Below the pieces are notes generated by a model, which saw nothing but the letters and a program-made list of their open reading frames with translations, ran no database searches and had not been told where the DNA came from. A stretch of 63,801 nucleotides of DNA, counting the filler, from Hausera hauseri (taxonomy: Eukaryota): NCBI GenBank assembly GCA_046269625.1. It is 11 parts of 11 records of this genome, joined end to end, with 100 filler letters (N's around TTAATTAATTAA, not from the genome) between each part and the next. Parts side by side here need not be neighbours in the genome. Positions count along the whole stretch, not along the records: positions 36,880 to 46,752 come from JBJURY010275507.1; positions 46,853 to 51,194 come from JBJURY010626441.1; 9 more parts are not named here. One strand, given 5' to 3'. Positions 37,632 through 49,800 of this stretch are shown piece after piece (within the stretch, counting starts at the first letter, position 1; every line of letters starts with the position of its first letter). Position numbers and translations under genes: made by a program.

Positions 37632-38033
37632 ATGGCGAAATATTACAGTGTTGGAATGGACACATATTTATGTCCGAAGTGTAATATTTCAGCCCAATGT
37701 CCGTATCCCGATTTTTATGAGATGAGCAAGCATCATCTCGGACCGTTTACAAGTACAGTGTACAACGTTGATGGTTGTCATAGTGCAATGGAACAATACT
37801 ACGGCGCCACAAGGGTGCACGGTAAACGGGCCTATGTATGTCCCGATTGTTCTATAGTCGATGAAATGAACTGTGAACAATTTTATAATGAGCACAAGGA
37901 CCACTTGAACCAGTTTCAGAGGTCCAAAAAAGAAATATTAATGGAGGCAGCAAAAAGCATTATTCATTCAGCAAGTAAGAAACGTCAAGCATCAACAAGT
38001 CTTGATGAATACCTGCAAAGCAGCAAAACATAG
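37632..38033 (+). CDS. Cys/His-rich (Zn-finger-like) ORF upstream of pPolB
   Basis: YLCPKC and YVCPDC...HKDH motifs. Confidence 0.5.
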   Translation: MAKYYSVGMDTYLCPKCNISAQCPYPDFYEMSKHHLGPFTSTVYNVDGCHSAMEQYYGATRVHGKRAYVCPDCSIVDEMNCEQFYNEHKDHLNQFQRSKKEILMEAAKSIIHSASKKRQASTSLDEYLQSSKT

Positions 38034-38111
38034 CATCAGCAGCAGCAGCAGGAATCGCCCATTACTGTCAAGTACGATCTAAACAGATCGTACGTAGACA
38101 TAAAAGTAAAC

Positions 38112-41100
38112 ATGTTGGCGAAATTAGCAACTCAACTGAGGTACGTACCCGCTCATGTGCTCAACCGGTTAAAAATCGAAGTGGAGAAATTCAAACACCA
38201 CAATTGCAAAGTGAAATATTATGCACTTGCAGAATTTGAGAATCTGCATGGTGACAGGAAACAATGGTACCTGTCACATCGTGCAGATCCATGTTCCAAA
38301 TATTTCATTGCCGACATAGGCGAAAAAGTGGACAAAAAAATTGCAAACTACACCGAAAAGGGCAGTGGTTGGCGAATAATAAAAATTGTCACTCTCGGTT
38401 TTACTATAACAAAGTCGAGTGATATAATTTACCTGCCTGAATGTTCATTCATACGACATCTGAAGCTCTAAAGCACTCTTATGCGGTAGTGAATGTAAAA
38501 AACACGGACGATGATTACTGTTTTATTTACAGTATTCTGGTGGTATTAAAATATGACGAAGTGGACAGACATAGTGCATATCGTACAAGTCTGTATCGGC
38601 AGTATTTTTCCGAATTGCAATTCGACGAAAACTGGATGCAGAAGAAACTAAAAACCATTCTAACATTTGAACGGCGTAATTCGACGTTTTCAATCAACGT
38701 GTTACTGTACATTACAATAGTTGAAATACCTGCAGACAAGGAAATTTACAAGAATCCACATGTGGATATAATCTATCATAGTCGGAACCCGTATGGACGC
38801 ACAGTAAATTTGTTATTGTTGAAGCAGGCAGAAAATTTTCATTACATGGCCGAAACAAATTTGGACCGACTGTTGAACATGGATCACCATCAGTTTGTCC
38901 AAAACAAATACGTTGTAAAGGGTGTCTTACATGTCTCTATGGCTTCAGATCAGAAACCACGTGGGAAAAACATGTGACGCTGGGCAGACAGAATGCATCA
39001 GAAACAACAATGTACGTCATGCCAATCAAAAAGGAGCTGCGATTTAGTGACTGGTATAAAACGGGCAGTCCAGCATATGTGATATTTGCTGATATTGAGG
39101 CAATTCTATCACGGCACGAAGTACACGATCGAAAACATGTTCCAGTTGCCGTCGGAATATTGGTTGACCCAATAAAAGCTGCAAGTCAACCGCAGTATTA
39201 CATGTTTCACGGCTGGAACTGTGTGTATGTGATTTCCTGCATCATTTGGAAACAATATCTGAATCGTAAATCGCACCGTGGTATCGCAATAACAGTGCAA
39301 AACCCCTGATTTGGACAGATGAAGATGAACGCCTGACATTTGCAGTCACAGAGGAATGTTACCTGTGCCACAAAATATTACCGTTTGATGCACAAGAACG
39401 AATAGTACCGGATTACGACCATTTTACCGGTTGATACTTGGAGCAGCATGAAACACATGCAATTTAGCGAGGTGTGTGCGGCCATTTCTACCGATGATCT
39501 TTCATAATTTTCGAGGTTATGATTGTCACCATATACTGAAATGGGCCATCAACGGATTTCCGCACTGGGAACTGTCCATAATCCGAACAACAATGGAGAA
39601 GTGTCCGTTTCTGTCAGCATGCATAAACCGGTTCCAGGTACGCTTCCTTGATTCGTTGCAATTTCTCAATGAATCACTGGGGAAGCTGGTAAATGCCTTG
39701 CCGGATATGCCGATAACCTCAACACAGTTCCCCACATATAATGCACGTTGCAAAGGCATATTTCCATATGACTTTGCAACATCATATGAGTGACTCAAGA
39801 CAGCATAGAAATTACAGCCGCGATGGACAGGTATCGCAAAGGATGAATACCGGAAAGCACAGAAATGTTGGATAGAACTCTGCTGTAGAAATATGCTGGA
39901 TTACATGCTACAGTGTCTTAAACTGGACGTATACTTATTAGCCGATGTGTTCCAAGCGTTTCGAGCAAAAGTGTTGGTTGAAGATATGCTGAAGCCACTC
40001 AACTTTTATTCCATACCGGGAGTGAGTTAGGCGTCAGGTCTAATGTCACTGGATCGAGACATTGAGCTTCTGCAAGACCCGGAAATGTACCGGCTGTTTG
40101 ATGTTGGTATTCTCGGTGGCATGACATTTGTCAACAAACATCAGGTCCGTGCAACCGATACTATATCACTACCGTATATTGATATTAATAACCTGTACGG
40201 CTGGGCGCTTTCGCAACCCTTGCCGTAGGGTTTATTCGAATGGGTTGTCGACAGACAATATGTGGACGATATAATGGTCAACCTACCATGAGCAGACATG
40301 GCAGACTCAGTCGGATACCTGATGGAGGTCGATTTGGTGTACCTGATGAGCTGCATGACGTTTTGGACGATTTCCCGGTCGCACCACTTATCCAATGTCC
40401 GCCAAGCTCAAAAGTGAAGAAACTTCTCATGACGCATGAACCGAAGCTAAATTACGTGGTCCAAGGCGTACATAAATGGAAATTCGGAGAAACGAGCCAC
40501 AGCTTGTACAAAGTTCGAAAAGGACTACAAGGAGCTGGAAAACAATTTCCCGTACGGAAAAACAGTGGAGAATCTGAAAAAGCGGCTCAATGTACACCTA
40601 TGCAATAGCGAAAAGCGGTTAGTCACGTACAAGAGTAAGCCGCAGTTTCGGCAGTCAATGCACATTGCCGATGGTTTGGTTGAGATGCTGTTAAACCGGA
40701 AAGAAGTCGTTATTGACCGACCAAGTTACATCGGACAAGTGGTATTGGACGTGAGCAAGTTGCGGATGTATGAGCTACAGTATCGCGATTTGGTACATTA
40801 CCATCAAATGTTTGATTTCTGTGATATTAGTATTGTTGCAGGTGACACAGACAGCTTTTTCTTGCGGCTGAAAAAAGTCAGTCGCAAAAAAGTCAATGCA
40901 GTCAGATGGATTACTGGACACGTCCAACTATCCACCGGATCATCCGTTGTATGGCAGTGAGATCGCCAACAAAATCGGCTGCTTTAAAGATAAAAGTGAA
41001 GGTCGTGTCCAATATCGGAATGGATATTCCTACGCTCAAAGTGCTACAGTCTTCTGACGGACTGTGGACTGAAAATGCGGAAAAAAGGAGTCCAGCTGAG

Positions 41101-41293
41101 ACAGACGGAAATCAACCACGGTGATCATCACCGTATCTATGAAGAAGGACAAACAAAGGCTGTTGTGTTACAAATGATCATCCGATCGATTGAGCACCAG
41201 CTGTATACGGTGATCAATACAAAAGTCGCTTTATCATGCAATGATAAACGTAAGTGGGTGGGGCGAAATAAGAGTTGGAAGTACGGACAATGA
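38112..41293 (+). pseudogene. polB: Protein-primed family B DNA polymerase (pPolB)
   Basis: GSGW, VVNVKNTDD.YCF, IFADIE (Exo I), FHNFRGYD (Exo II), FLDSLQF, KGIFPYD, LKLDVYLLADVF, YIDINNLYGWALSQPLP, YGKTVEN, GDTDSFF, LDTSNYP, KGV; many frameshifts and stops. Confidence 0.95.
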
Positions 41294-41491
41294 CGTTTGG
41301 AATAAAACACGCATGAATTCGATGTAGACGATACAGACAGATCAAATTACTGCGACAATTCATTGTGATTTGTTTGTTTTGTATAAATAATGTATATTAT
41401 TCGTTGTTTTTGCCTTTTGTTTTATTATAATTTAACGTATCTATTTAACTTAATGTGACAATAAACAATATAAAAAAGTCAATAAAATTTA

Positions 41492-41991
41492 TTAATCATC
41501 ATAAGCTAAAATCAAAAACAAAGTAAATCCAATCAGGGTAAACTTTCCCAGCTTCCATATTGGTGATTTAATGCCGTGCAGATCCTTGTATCCTTTCAAC
41601 TTCAATGTTAGATGACCTTTAGCTCCTTCTGGTAGCAAAACGGCCGCTGCTGCTACTGCTGTTTCTCCCCCATGTGAACTGACAATTTTCGCCATATTTC
41701 CTTTCAGAAAAATCGACGATGTGCCTCAGATATCGTTAGTCAACACCAAGTCACTGTCAACTTTTCTAATTGTATCTTCCATTGTATCCAAATCATCGTC
41801 TCTCATTTTTTTCACCAATAGGCCATATTTCACCAGTTTATTTTGACCGTTTGCATCAATGGCAATTGAATAGCGTTGCGCAGATAATATAAGTTGTATC
41901 CATTATACAACCAGAAATTTCTATGCGAATATTCGCTGCACCTTGGCTTTTTTGACAGACGGTCACTTGCGGAATTATTTTTCAAATTCAT
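41492..41991 (-). pseudogene. Unknown Polinton ORF, possibly an ssDNA-binding protein
   Basis: Broken ORF ending ...GHLTLKLKGYK..GIKSPIWKLGKF; SSB/OB-fold resemblance is only an impression. Confidence 0.25.
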
Positions 41992-42150
41992 TGTTTAAAG
42001 AAGACAAGCGTGAAGTGAAATTGCATCTCTATTTATATCAAAGGTTTGTTATCATTGTAAACAATAGACATTTATTTTTTGACTATTGTCTCATATCACA
42101 ATGATACAAATTACCTCCACGTCATTGAAGCCTATGTTCCGTTATTAAAC

Positions 42151-42629
42151 TCAATCGTAATAAACGTGTACAATTTCCATTACAGCACATTTACATTCTG
42201 GGCATTGGTGGGTTGTTACTTGGGTAGTGGAACACATTTGACAAACAACGAGATGGCCGCTCATTAAGAATACCGTATCCACTTGTCTTTGTTTACATAG
42301 TACACACATAAACTGACAGTCTCGTACTTTGTCCATTGTTTTCTCTTTCAAGTTCGTTAATTCACCGCGTACCTTTTCAAAAGTACTAAAGTAATTTTAT
42401 CATAAAATCGGTGAATGTACATTTGATTTAACACAATAATTAGATTTTCTATAGAGCTGCAACCTGTTGCTGTCATCAATGCTACTGACGTTAAATCCTC
42501 TTTAAATCCAAAATCACCTGCTGCTCTCGCAACCAGATCACTATCAAGTACTTTCCACCATCGTTCCAAGTCTGAAATTGATAATCCATCAAAATTTTCC
42601 AATTGCGTCAATTGATTAACTATTTCCAT
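42151..42629 (-). pseudogene. IAP-type UBA-like + C3HC4 RING protein lacking BIR domains
   Basis: RING CVLC...VDTVFL.SGHLVVC..C......CPEC...V; upstream LVARAAGDFGFKEDL....CSSIENLI resembles the cIAP/XIAP UBA; the two parts are separated by a stop and frameshift. Confidence 0.7.
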
Positions 42630-42732
42630 GATATTATTTCCTACCTATATTCATAGTTTTTGAATTATTCAACTGACTAACACGGCGGACCTTATATACG
42701 GAAAGAAAAAAGAAACAGAGAAATACATTTAT

Positions 42733-43220
42733 TTATTTCGATAAAATATAGTCGATACAAAGGCGTAAACATTTTATGTAAGCACATTGCCGTCCGCGAT
42801 CACTATACGGACATCGGATACTGTCAGGTACCATCGCCAGCGAATTATTCGATGTTGTTAAATACATCGTCATTCGCAACTCCGAAATTAGTGAATGGAG
42901 TTGTGTAAACTTTTGCAGGCCAATTTGATCTTTAATGTAAAATATGATATTTTCAATGTCAAAACGATCACAAATCTCTTCCATAATACATGGCACACAA
43001 CGTTGAATTGCCTTCATACCAATGAAGTCCACGACGATGTCGAAAGAAATCCATTTGTAATTTTCGCTTTTTCCGTCAGGTCTTTCCATACAATACCGGG
43101 CTTGAATATGTACACAAGTGGTTAGAAAATGTTACCGAAGTCCATAATGCATAATTCCTTTACTATGTACCGGACATTATCATCTAGGAAAGCTTCAATA
43201 TCTATAAACCCTGACGCCAT
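42733..43220 (-). pseudogene. DEDD-like nuclease commonly found in Polintons
   Basis: MASGFIDIEAF...YIVKELCI...YIFKP..W..L....K.TN...IFYIK...C..CA.IKC; internal TAA and frameshift. Confidence 0.65.
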
Positions 43221-43303
43221 TACTTAGCTGGTACAAAATCATTTTTTATTTTTAACACAAGCAAAACAACTAACTATTATTATTATTATTATCATAACAA
43301 TCA

Positions 43304-43790
43304 TTAAACATAGGTGGTTTTGTCCATATCACCAATGCCTAATTCTTTGCGTTCATTTCGTGTCGATTCATTGACGCAAAATAATTTCCATTGTTCAGGT
43401 GACATTACACTGAATTTTGCCTCTTCACAGCGAAGAAAAACAATTTGTGTGACTGCACGTCCTTTTGAAAAAGCACACGTTGCCGGATAGGTTTTCCACC
43501 AACACTTTAATTTTAGCACAAAAGTCTGAATCAATGACACTGCCGCCCAACAACCGTCAGTCCAAGCTTTGCCACTCCGCTTTTCGATAACAGTTGACCG
43601 TAGTAACCCGGTGGAATCGCCAATCGAATCCCAGTCGTTATACATTTGATTGTGCTGTCCGAAACTGTCGTATTGACATTGGAAAACATCGTTGCCTGCA
43701 CTATTTGCTGTAACACGTCTCGGTACAAAGGTATTTTCGTCTGTTAAGATAATCTTTACATCATTTATTATCCTTATTTTTATGCCATTC
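43304..43790 (-). pseudogene. dut: Trimeric dUTPase
   Basis: PRRVTANSAG.D (motif I), TTGIRLAIPPGYYGQLLSKSG.A..GLTV (II), D.DF..KIKV (III), GRAVTQIVF (IV), R.E.GIG (V); frameshifted. Confidence 0.88.
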
Positions 43791-44047
43791 CTAAAATAAC
43801 ACGTATATTTATACTTGTTAATTGGGTTAATGAAAAAAGAACAGTAAAACAATATATATTGGTAATTAAAATGCGCTTCAGCCCCACGCTAAATCGGGCT
43901 TTTGAAACCGGCTTTTTCCTGGTATCCTTGCAATTCAATATTCAACCGACACTTTAATCGACCACCATCATCATCAAGTACATGAGATATTTCGCGAGCG
44001 ATAAAATCAAATAATTTCCTTTTCTGCACCGGCAAAACAACACATTG

Positions 44048-45064
44048 CTATTGCACGGTCGTTTCGTTCAACTTTAAATCCACATTTAATTGATGTATGG
44101 CATCAGAAAGTTTATCCAAATTTTCACCCGAAAGCCGTTTAACACGATAGCGGTACTTGGGTACACATAGAGATACGGGATCATTCAATGAGATCAGTAC
44201 GGGCGTTTGCAGAAAATACATTTCATACTTGAGAAGAATTCGTTTCGGTAAAAATGTCTGTGTTTGACACGATAATTTTGATTTTTGTATACGTATTCCA
44301 ATCATTGCATTTTGCCTTTTTAACGTCGGTTTTGATGATTTCTGAGCAAGTTCCTTTTTCGTTTCCAGACAATCGCCCTGCAAACAATTGCCATTAGAAG
44401 GTTTTTCTAATTGTTGGACAAGTTCTGGTTTCGCTTCCAGCAGTTTGATATTAGAATTATCCTTTTTGTAGCCAAACAACCACGACCAATCTGAACTTTC
44501 ATCATTGGCATCAATGAGTAGAATCGTTTTGTCGACGTCTTCCATGGCAGTAATGTCTGAATAAGCATGGGAATGGTATTTATAGTTTGTTGTTGTGCAG
44601 AGTACATTATTTGGATTCACTAAAACATGTACGTAGTTTTTTATTTGATTAATAATCAATTCATAGTCCACTATCCGAATACTGAGTACAGCAATTTTTT
44701 CGCTGCTAACCACATTGACACAAAGTGGGCGAAACGATGTCAGTGTCAATGCAGGAAACAGTTCGGGTTCATATGTACATTCAGTGGCCATTGCTAATTT
44801 GAACAGATTGATTGTTTGGTAGTCTAACTGAGTCGTTACCGTTATTGATTGAATTTGGTCAATAACAATTCCGAATGGTAATAGTTTACCAGCTGTTATT
44901 GGTTTGCGACAACCCATAATACGACACTTTCTCGATTAAAATATAATTCACGTGAAATCCGGTGGACATTTGAGGACATACTGCCTCGGCTTCCATTGAT
45001 TAAAAGGTAATGTGTTAATGTCACACTCGGTAACATGTCCGCGATAGTTGATATTAGCTAACAT
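44048..45064 (-). pseudogene. TATA-binding-protein-like gene (two TBP repeats, ~44630-45064) in frame with an unknown C-terminal extension
   Basis: MLANINYRG...IIF*SRKCRIMGC (repeat 1; two stops near 44940-44950) and IQSITVTTQL...INLFKLA....YEPELFPALTL...PLCVNVVSSEKIAVL (repeat 2, cf. TBP YEPELFPGL). Confidence 0.8.
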
Positions 45065-45160
45065 TATGGAAACAGTGTTTATACTATAGCTATTTATATG
45101 CGCGTAACACGATTATAAACAGATCATGTGAGGAAAGGTTGTATTATTATGATTATTTAG

Positions 45161-45770
45161 ATGAAACTGCAGAATGATGCCATTTTCCAGATTGTAGGCC
45201 CCAGTGGAAGTGGCAAAACACACTTTGTGTGTAAACTATTGCCGAACTACCAGAACATGTTCCATTCACCGCGGTACAGTCACATATACTGGCATCAAGG
45301 TGCTGGTGATGATGGTTAGTCCGGTTTGACACAACGGGAATTTTGCAAACTAAAATCCATAACGGTAATTGATGAGTTTGATAAAAACTGGTCAAAGAGA
45401 TTACGCAATGGTGACGTTATTTTCATCGATGATTTATTTCAAGAGACAACGAAACAATCGGACTTCAACAACCTGTTCACAAAGATGGCACGACACCGTG
45501 GTGTAAGGGTTATTTTCATTACGCAAAACATGTTCCATCAGGGCGGATAGCATGGAACAAAAAATCTAAAAGTACACTATTTGATGTTGCTCAAAAATCC
45601 CCGTGATCAGACTAATATTGATTGTTTCACGACAAGCATTTCCTCACAACTGAGCCCGTTTGATATATGCATATCATGATGCTACGACCGAGCCACACGA
45701 ATACTTGTTCATCGACTTTACAAAACAGTGTCCAGATGACATGCGTGTACAAACAGACACTTTCAATTAG
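45161..45770 (+). pseudogene. FtsK/A32-like packaging ATPase
   Basis: IVGPSGSGKT (Walker A), VIFIDDL (Walker B), LFTKMARHRG, FITQNMF, KNPRD, YLFIDF. Confidence 0.92.
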
Positions 45771-45994
45771 AAAGGTGTGTGTCTATAAACAAATTCAAAA
45801 ATCGACAACATGATAGTGATAAAATGAAGAATTTCCGAACAACAATTGATGAACGTAAACCTACTAAGCGGGTGTCCGGCAAGAATCGTGTATCAAAACG
45901 AACCGCTGCAGTCAAGCGATTAATCAATTCTGTGCTTCAAACAACAGCAGCTGCAACTAGACGCAAACTACCGTCACAGTGGCAACGGTTGTAA

Positions 45995-46350
45995 ACAACT
46001 ACGTCTCACCAGCATCAAAACGTCCACAAAAAAGCGATTCAAACGAGGTCAGCTGTACTTTATTGCTTTGCTCAAGGCACCTACGAGACATAAGCGAAAC
46101 ACGCTTCGATCATTTCTACAATTTGTGGTAGACGATTTAATGGAAATTTTGTACAATATCGTTGTGGGTCACGTTGATATTGGTAGCGGGAACCGTAATT
46201 TACTAAAATATCGAAAACGACTCATTGGCCTTGCCATCGCTCGTAGTAAACGACTGAAACAAGAGGTCATGTATCACCAAGACGAGGATTCCTTGGTGCA
46301 ATTATACGGTTGTCACGTCATTACTGGATGGACTCGTTGGTTATGCAGCA
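45995..46350 (+). pseudogene. Basic Polinton core (pVII-like) protein
   Basis: LMEILYNIVVGHVDI....LLKYRKRL..LA....KRLKQE..YHQ, matching the E...N...G.V..L..YK..L..LA pattern seen next to Maverick ATPases. Confidence 0.6.
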
Positions 46351-46519
46351 TAGTATAAACAATGATGGTAAATATATGATGATTCAGCGATATGGGTGCA
46401 TCGTTTTCATCATTTTGCACCACTTTACCGAATCTTTCATTTACGTTTCATTCTAATTTCTGTAATGTTAACAAAACGACATCATCGTCGACAACGATGG
46501 GCGGCGTGTGGTTCGATCC

Positions 46520-46752
46520 GTGTCATCCCGTCGGGTATACTGGCGTAAACTGTTAAAGACTGTCAAACAGACTCGGCAACAGACCGAAAGTTGGCTCGGG
46601 AAACAGTTGGCATAAAGCCTAAACAAACCGATAAGAAGGCGGTTTCCAACTCGTGCATACCGTGTTGCCGGTGTCAATAACGTATGGCAAATGGATCTGA
46701 TGGAAATGATTCCGTACGCCAGCATCAACGATGGATATCGGTACGTGCTGAC
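46520..46752 (+). CDS. Polinton integrase N-terminus (truncated by contig end)
   Basis: ESWLGKQLAYSLNKPIRRRFPTRAYRVAGVNNVWQMDLMEMIPYASINDGYRYVL. Confidence 0.88.
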
Positions 46753-46852
46753 NNNNNNNNNNNNNNNNNNNNNNNNNNNNNNNNNNNNNNNNNNNNTTAA
46801 TTAATTAANNNNNNNNNNNNNNNNNNNNNNNNNNNNNNNNNNNNNNNNNNNN

Positions 46853-49800
46853 CTCATAAAACATCTGCAGCCTAGAATAAAAGAGCAAATACAAAAGGAT
46901 TTAAAGAAAATAAATGAAGGAAAAATTCCCAAAGAATTAAAATTGTCAAAACTGATAAATACGTATACTGAAAAGAATTGTTTAAATAGGCTAAATGAAG
47001 ATGACAAGGATAAGCTTATTAAAGAAATTTATAAGATTCGAGGAAAAGATCTGGTTACCTCTCAGAAGGAATCAAGATATTAAATAGATTACGAAAGACA
47101 AGAAAAATTAAACAGGCGAATTGATGACATAATTGAAGGAGTTATTGGTCGAAAATTCGAACCACCTCCTATCATAATTAGTAGTGATAGTAGTGGAACA
47201 CAAACCCTTTGTGGAAAAGATGAAACCAAGCTCATCAAAGAAAATGAAAAAGTCGGTATTAAGAAATTCATCGAAGAAGGCCAGAATCTACTTATGACTT
47301 ATAATAATGTATCTACCAAAAATGAGTATTTAGACAGATTATGTCTCCTACTAAAAACCAAGAAAATGAAGAGAGAATATAAAGAACAGTTAGAAGAAAT
47401 TCGAGCTGAAATGGAACTATTACTAGACCGATCATATGTATCCGAAATAAAAATTGAATTGAAGAAAATCAGTAATATCCTGGATCAAAATTTAAGTGAA
47501 AAACAGAAGATTTTCTGGACTGAACAAAAGGAAAATTTGGAAATGGCAATGCAATCACCAATTACTTTAGAAAAGAGAGAAGTAATAAATGAAATACGCG
47601 TCAAATCAAGTCAAGTAATGATAACTTATTTATTTAAGATTCTGAAAAAAAATCATTATGTAAAAGATTACTTCAAAATGAAGTCATAAAATAATCTGAG
47701 CATCTCGCAGGAAGAGTTAACACCTTTATCAATAAGTTGAAAGTTCTAGGCATAAAAAGTACCGAAGAAAATGAAAAGGAATTAACAGGGATTCTCAATG
47801 AAAGTAACGATTTGCACCAGTGTTTAATTGATGATATTGATCTTGATGAAGAACCACAACAATTATTAGAAATATTAATCTCAATTTGTAGACATCATAT
47901 AGATGATAAAATAACTGATGATGGATATCCTCCTATGATACCTCCTTTAACCATTGATGAACTTACTGACGGAATAAAAACGACTAAAGAATTCGCCAAA
48001 CGGTTAGAAGGAATAAAAAGATCGCCAGATTTCGATAAGTTTACGGAAAAAGCAAGAAAAGCAGAAGAAGATTTTCAACTTGATTTCTCAGAAGTGATTA
48101 ATAAAGAAAATACTGTAATTGCAAGTGACGAAGAAAGTAGTTTGAAAAAACGTATGGAAAAATTAAAACCACCTAGATACCAGGAATTATTAACAAAAGA
48201 AGAGAGAAGAAAGCAAAAAAACAAATAAAATATCCAGATATGATTGACAGCGAGATAAATAAAACTACTGAGAATATACAGCCAATAAAAAAACAGAAAA
48301 AGCCTGCTACGAAGAGAATAAGACTGTACAAACCAGAAAAGCCGGAAAAGAAATATTACGAATGCCAGCAAAGATGATTTTAAGGACACAACTGAGTACG
48401 AGACACAAGACAGTTTTGGACAGGATATGAACATTAATGATTTTCTTGAATATGACTTAGATACAATCCATCTTGATAGATTTAGAGACGAAGAAATAAA
48501 TGAAAATGAGAGAATAAAATCAAGACCAACTCTGATTGAAAGAATGGCCGCTCCACAAGAATTTCCAGAAGATCTAGATGACTTGCTAATGTCTTACCTC
48601 AATAAAAAGAATAATATTTATGAAATTGAAGAAACAGCAGAAGAATTAGCTAAAAAACCAGCTGATAAATGGAGGTATAATAATACGCCTCGAACCTTAC
48701 TAAAATTATTAGGAAAATACTATTTAAATGAAAAGAAATTTATGAATCAAAAAATAACAGTGCGACCTTGGATTGACGATAGTTTCTTCCCTAATCTAGA
48801 AATGAGTATTGATAGTCGAGTTGTTGGTCTTGAACAGGCAATCAAATCTCAAACTCAGAAACAAATGAAACATCTTAGAATTATATATTGCGATAGAATT
48901 TTGGATCCAGAAGAACCAACAACTGAACTAACTCCAGAAGAAGATAAACGGAAAATTATTAAAGTCAAAAATATAGCACAAGAAGAAACCATTATGGGAA
49001 TAAAAGATCAACAAGGGTAGTTGAAACATCTCCATGAGACACTAATCGAAAATTCGTCACAGACATAGCAGCAGATGCTTACAATGAATTGACAGATGAA
49101 GGAAAAGATAAATGGAATAACGTACAGACCGCCTTTATTGATAAGTTCTATCCTACCTTATCCCCACACCAACAATTGATTAAGCTACAAAACAGATATA
49201 AGCAATATGATGAATCTGTTACACAATATCCCTATGCTTTACGACAAATTGTCTCTCAATACGTTAAAGCTGTCCGACTAGATACAATAAAAAGAAAAAA
49301 TAAATTTTATGAAAAAGAATTAAATACCGATATATTATTGCTCACTCAATTTTTGAATGGATTAAGTCCTGAATTGAAATATGAAGTAGAGGTAAAATAT
49401 CCTACTGATTTTGTAGATGCTTTAAAATCGGCCCAAATGATAGAATCGTTTGCTCCGCCAAAGCGACAGAAAATCGCTAACCGATTTTTTGAAAATGATC
49501 AGAGAAATTTTGACTCACAGAAATGATAATCGCAGAAATGATCAAAGAAACCGAAGAGATAATGAAATTGATTTTGACCGAGATAGCTATAATCGAGGAT
49601 ATAATAAATCAGATTCAAGAAACTTTACGGACAATCGAAATCAGATGCCAATAAAGCCAGAAAATGTTACTCAATACGAAAAAAGTAATGCTCCTAGATT
49701 TTAGCACAGAGTTTTATTTAGTCCAGAAACAAAATATCGAAGAGATGGTAGACAGGATTTGAATAAAACCGGTCGAACGCCTACATGTAATCAATGTAAC

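Larger units (their letters stand above)
36880..46752. mobile_element. Polinton/Maverick (adintovirus-like) endogenous element, decayed, both ends missing
   Basis: Co-occurrence of pPolB, packaging ATPase, core-protein-like ORF and retroviral-type integrase in a compact intronless array. Confidence 0.93.

Noticed and set aside
46853-47530. Terminal direct repeats of contig 9 as LTRs or a circular genome
   Set aside because: They are protein-coding, diverged from each other, and lack TG..CA, PBS and PPT.
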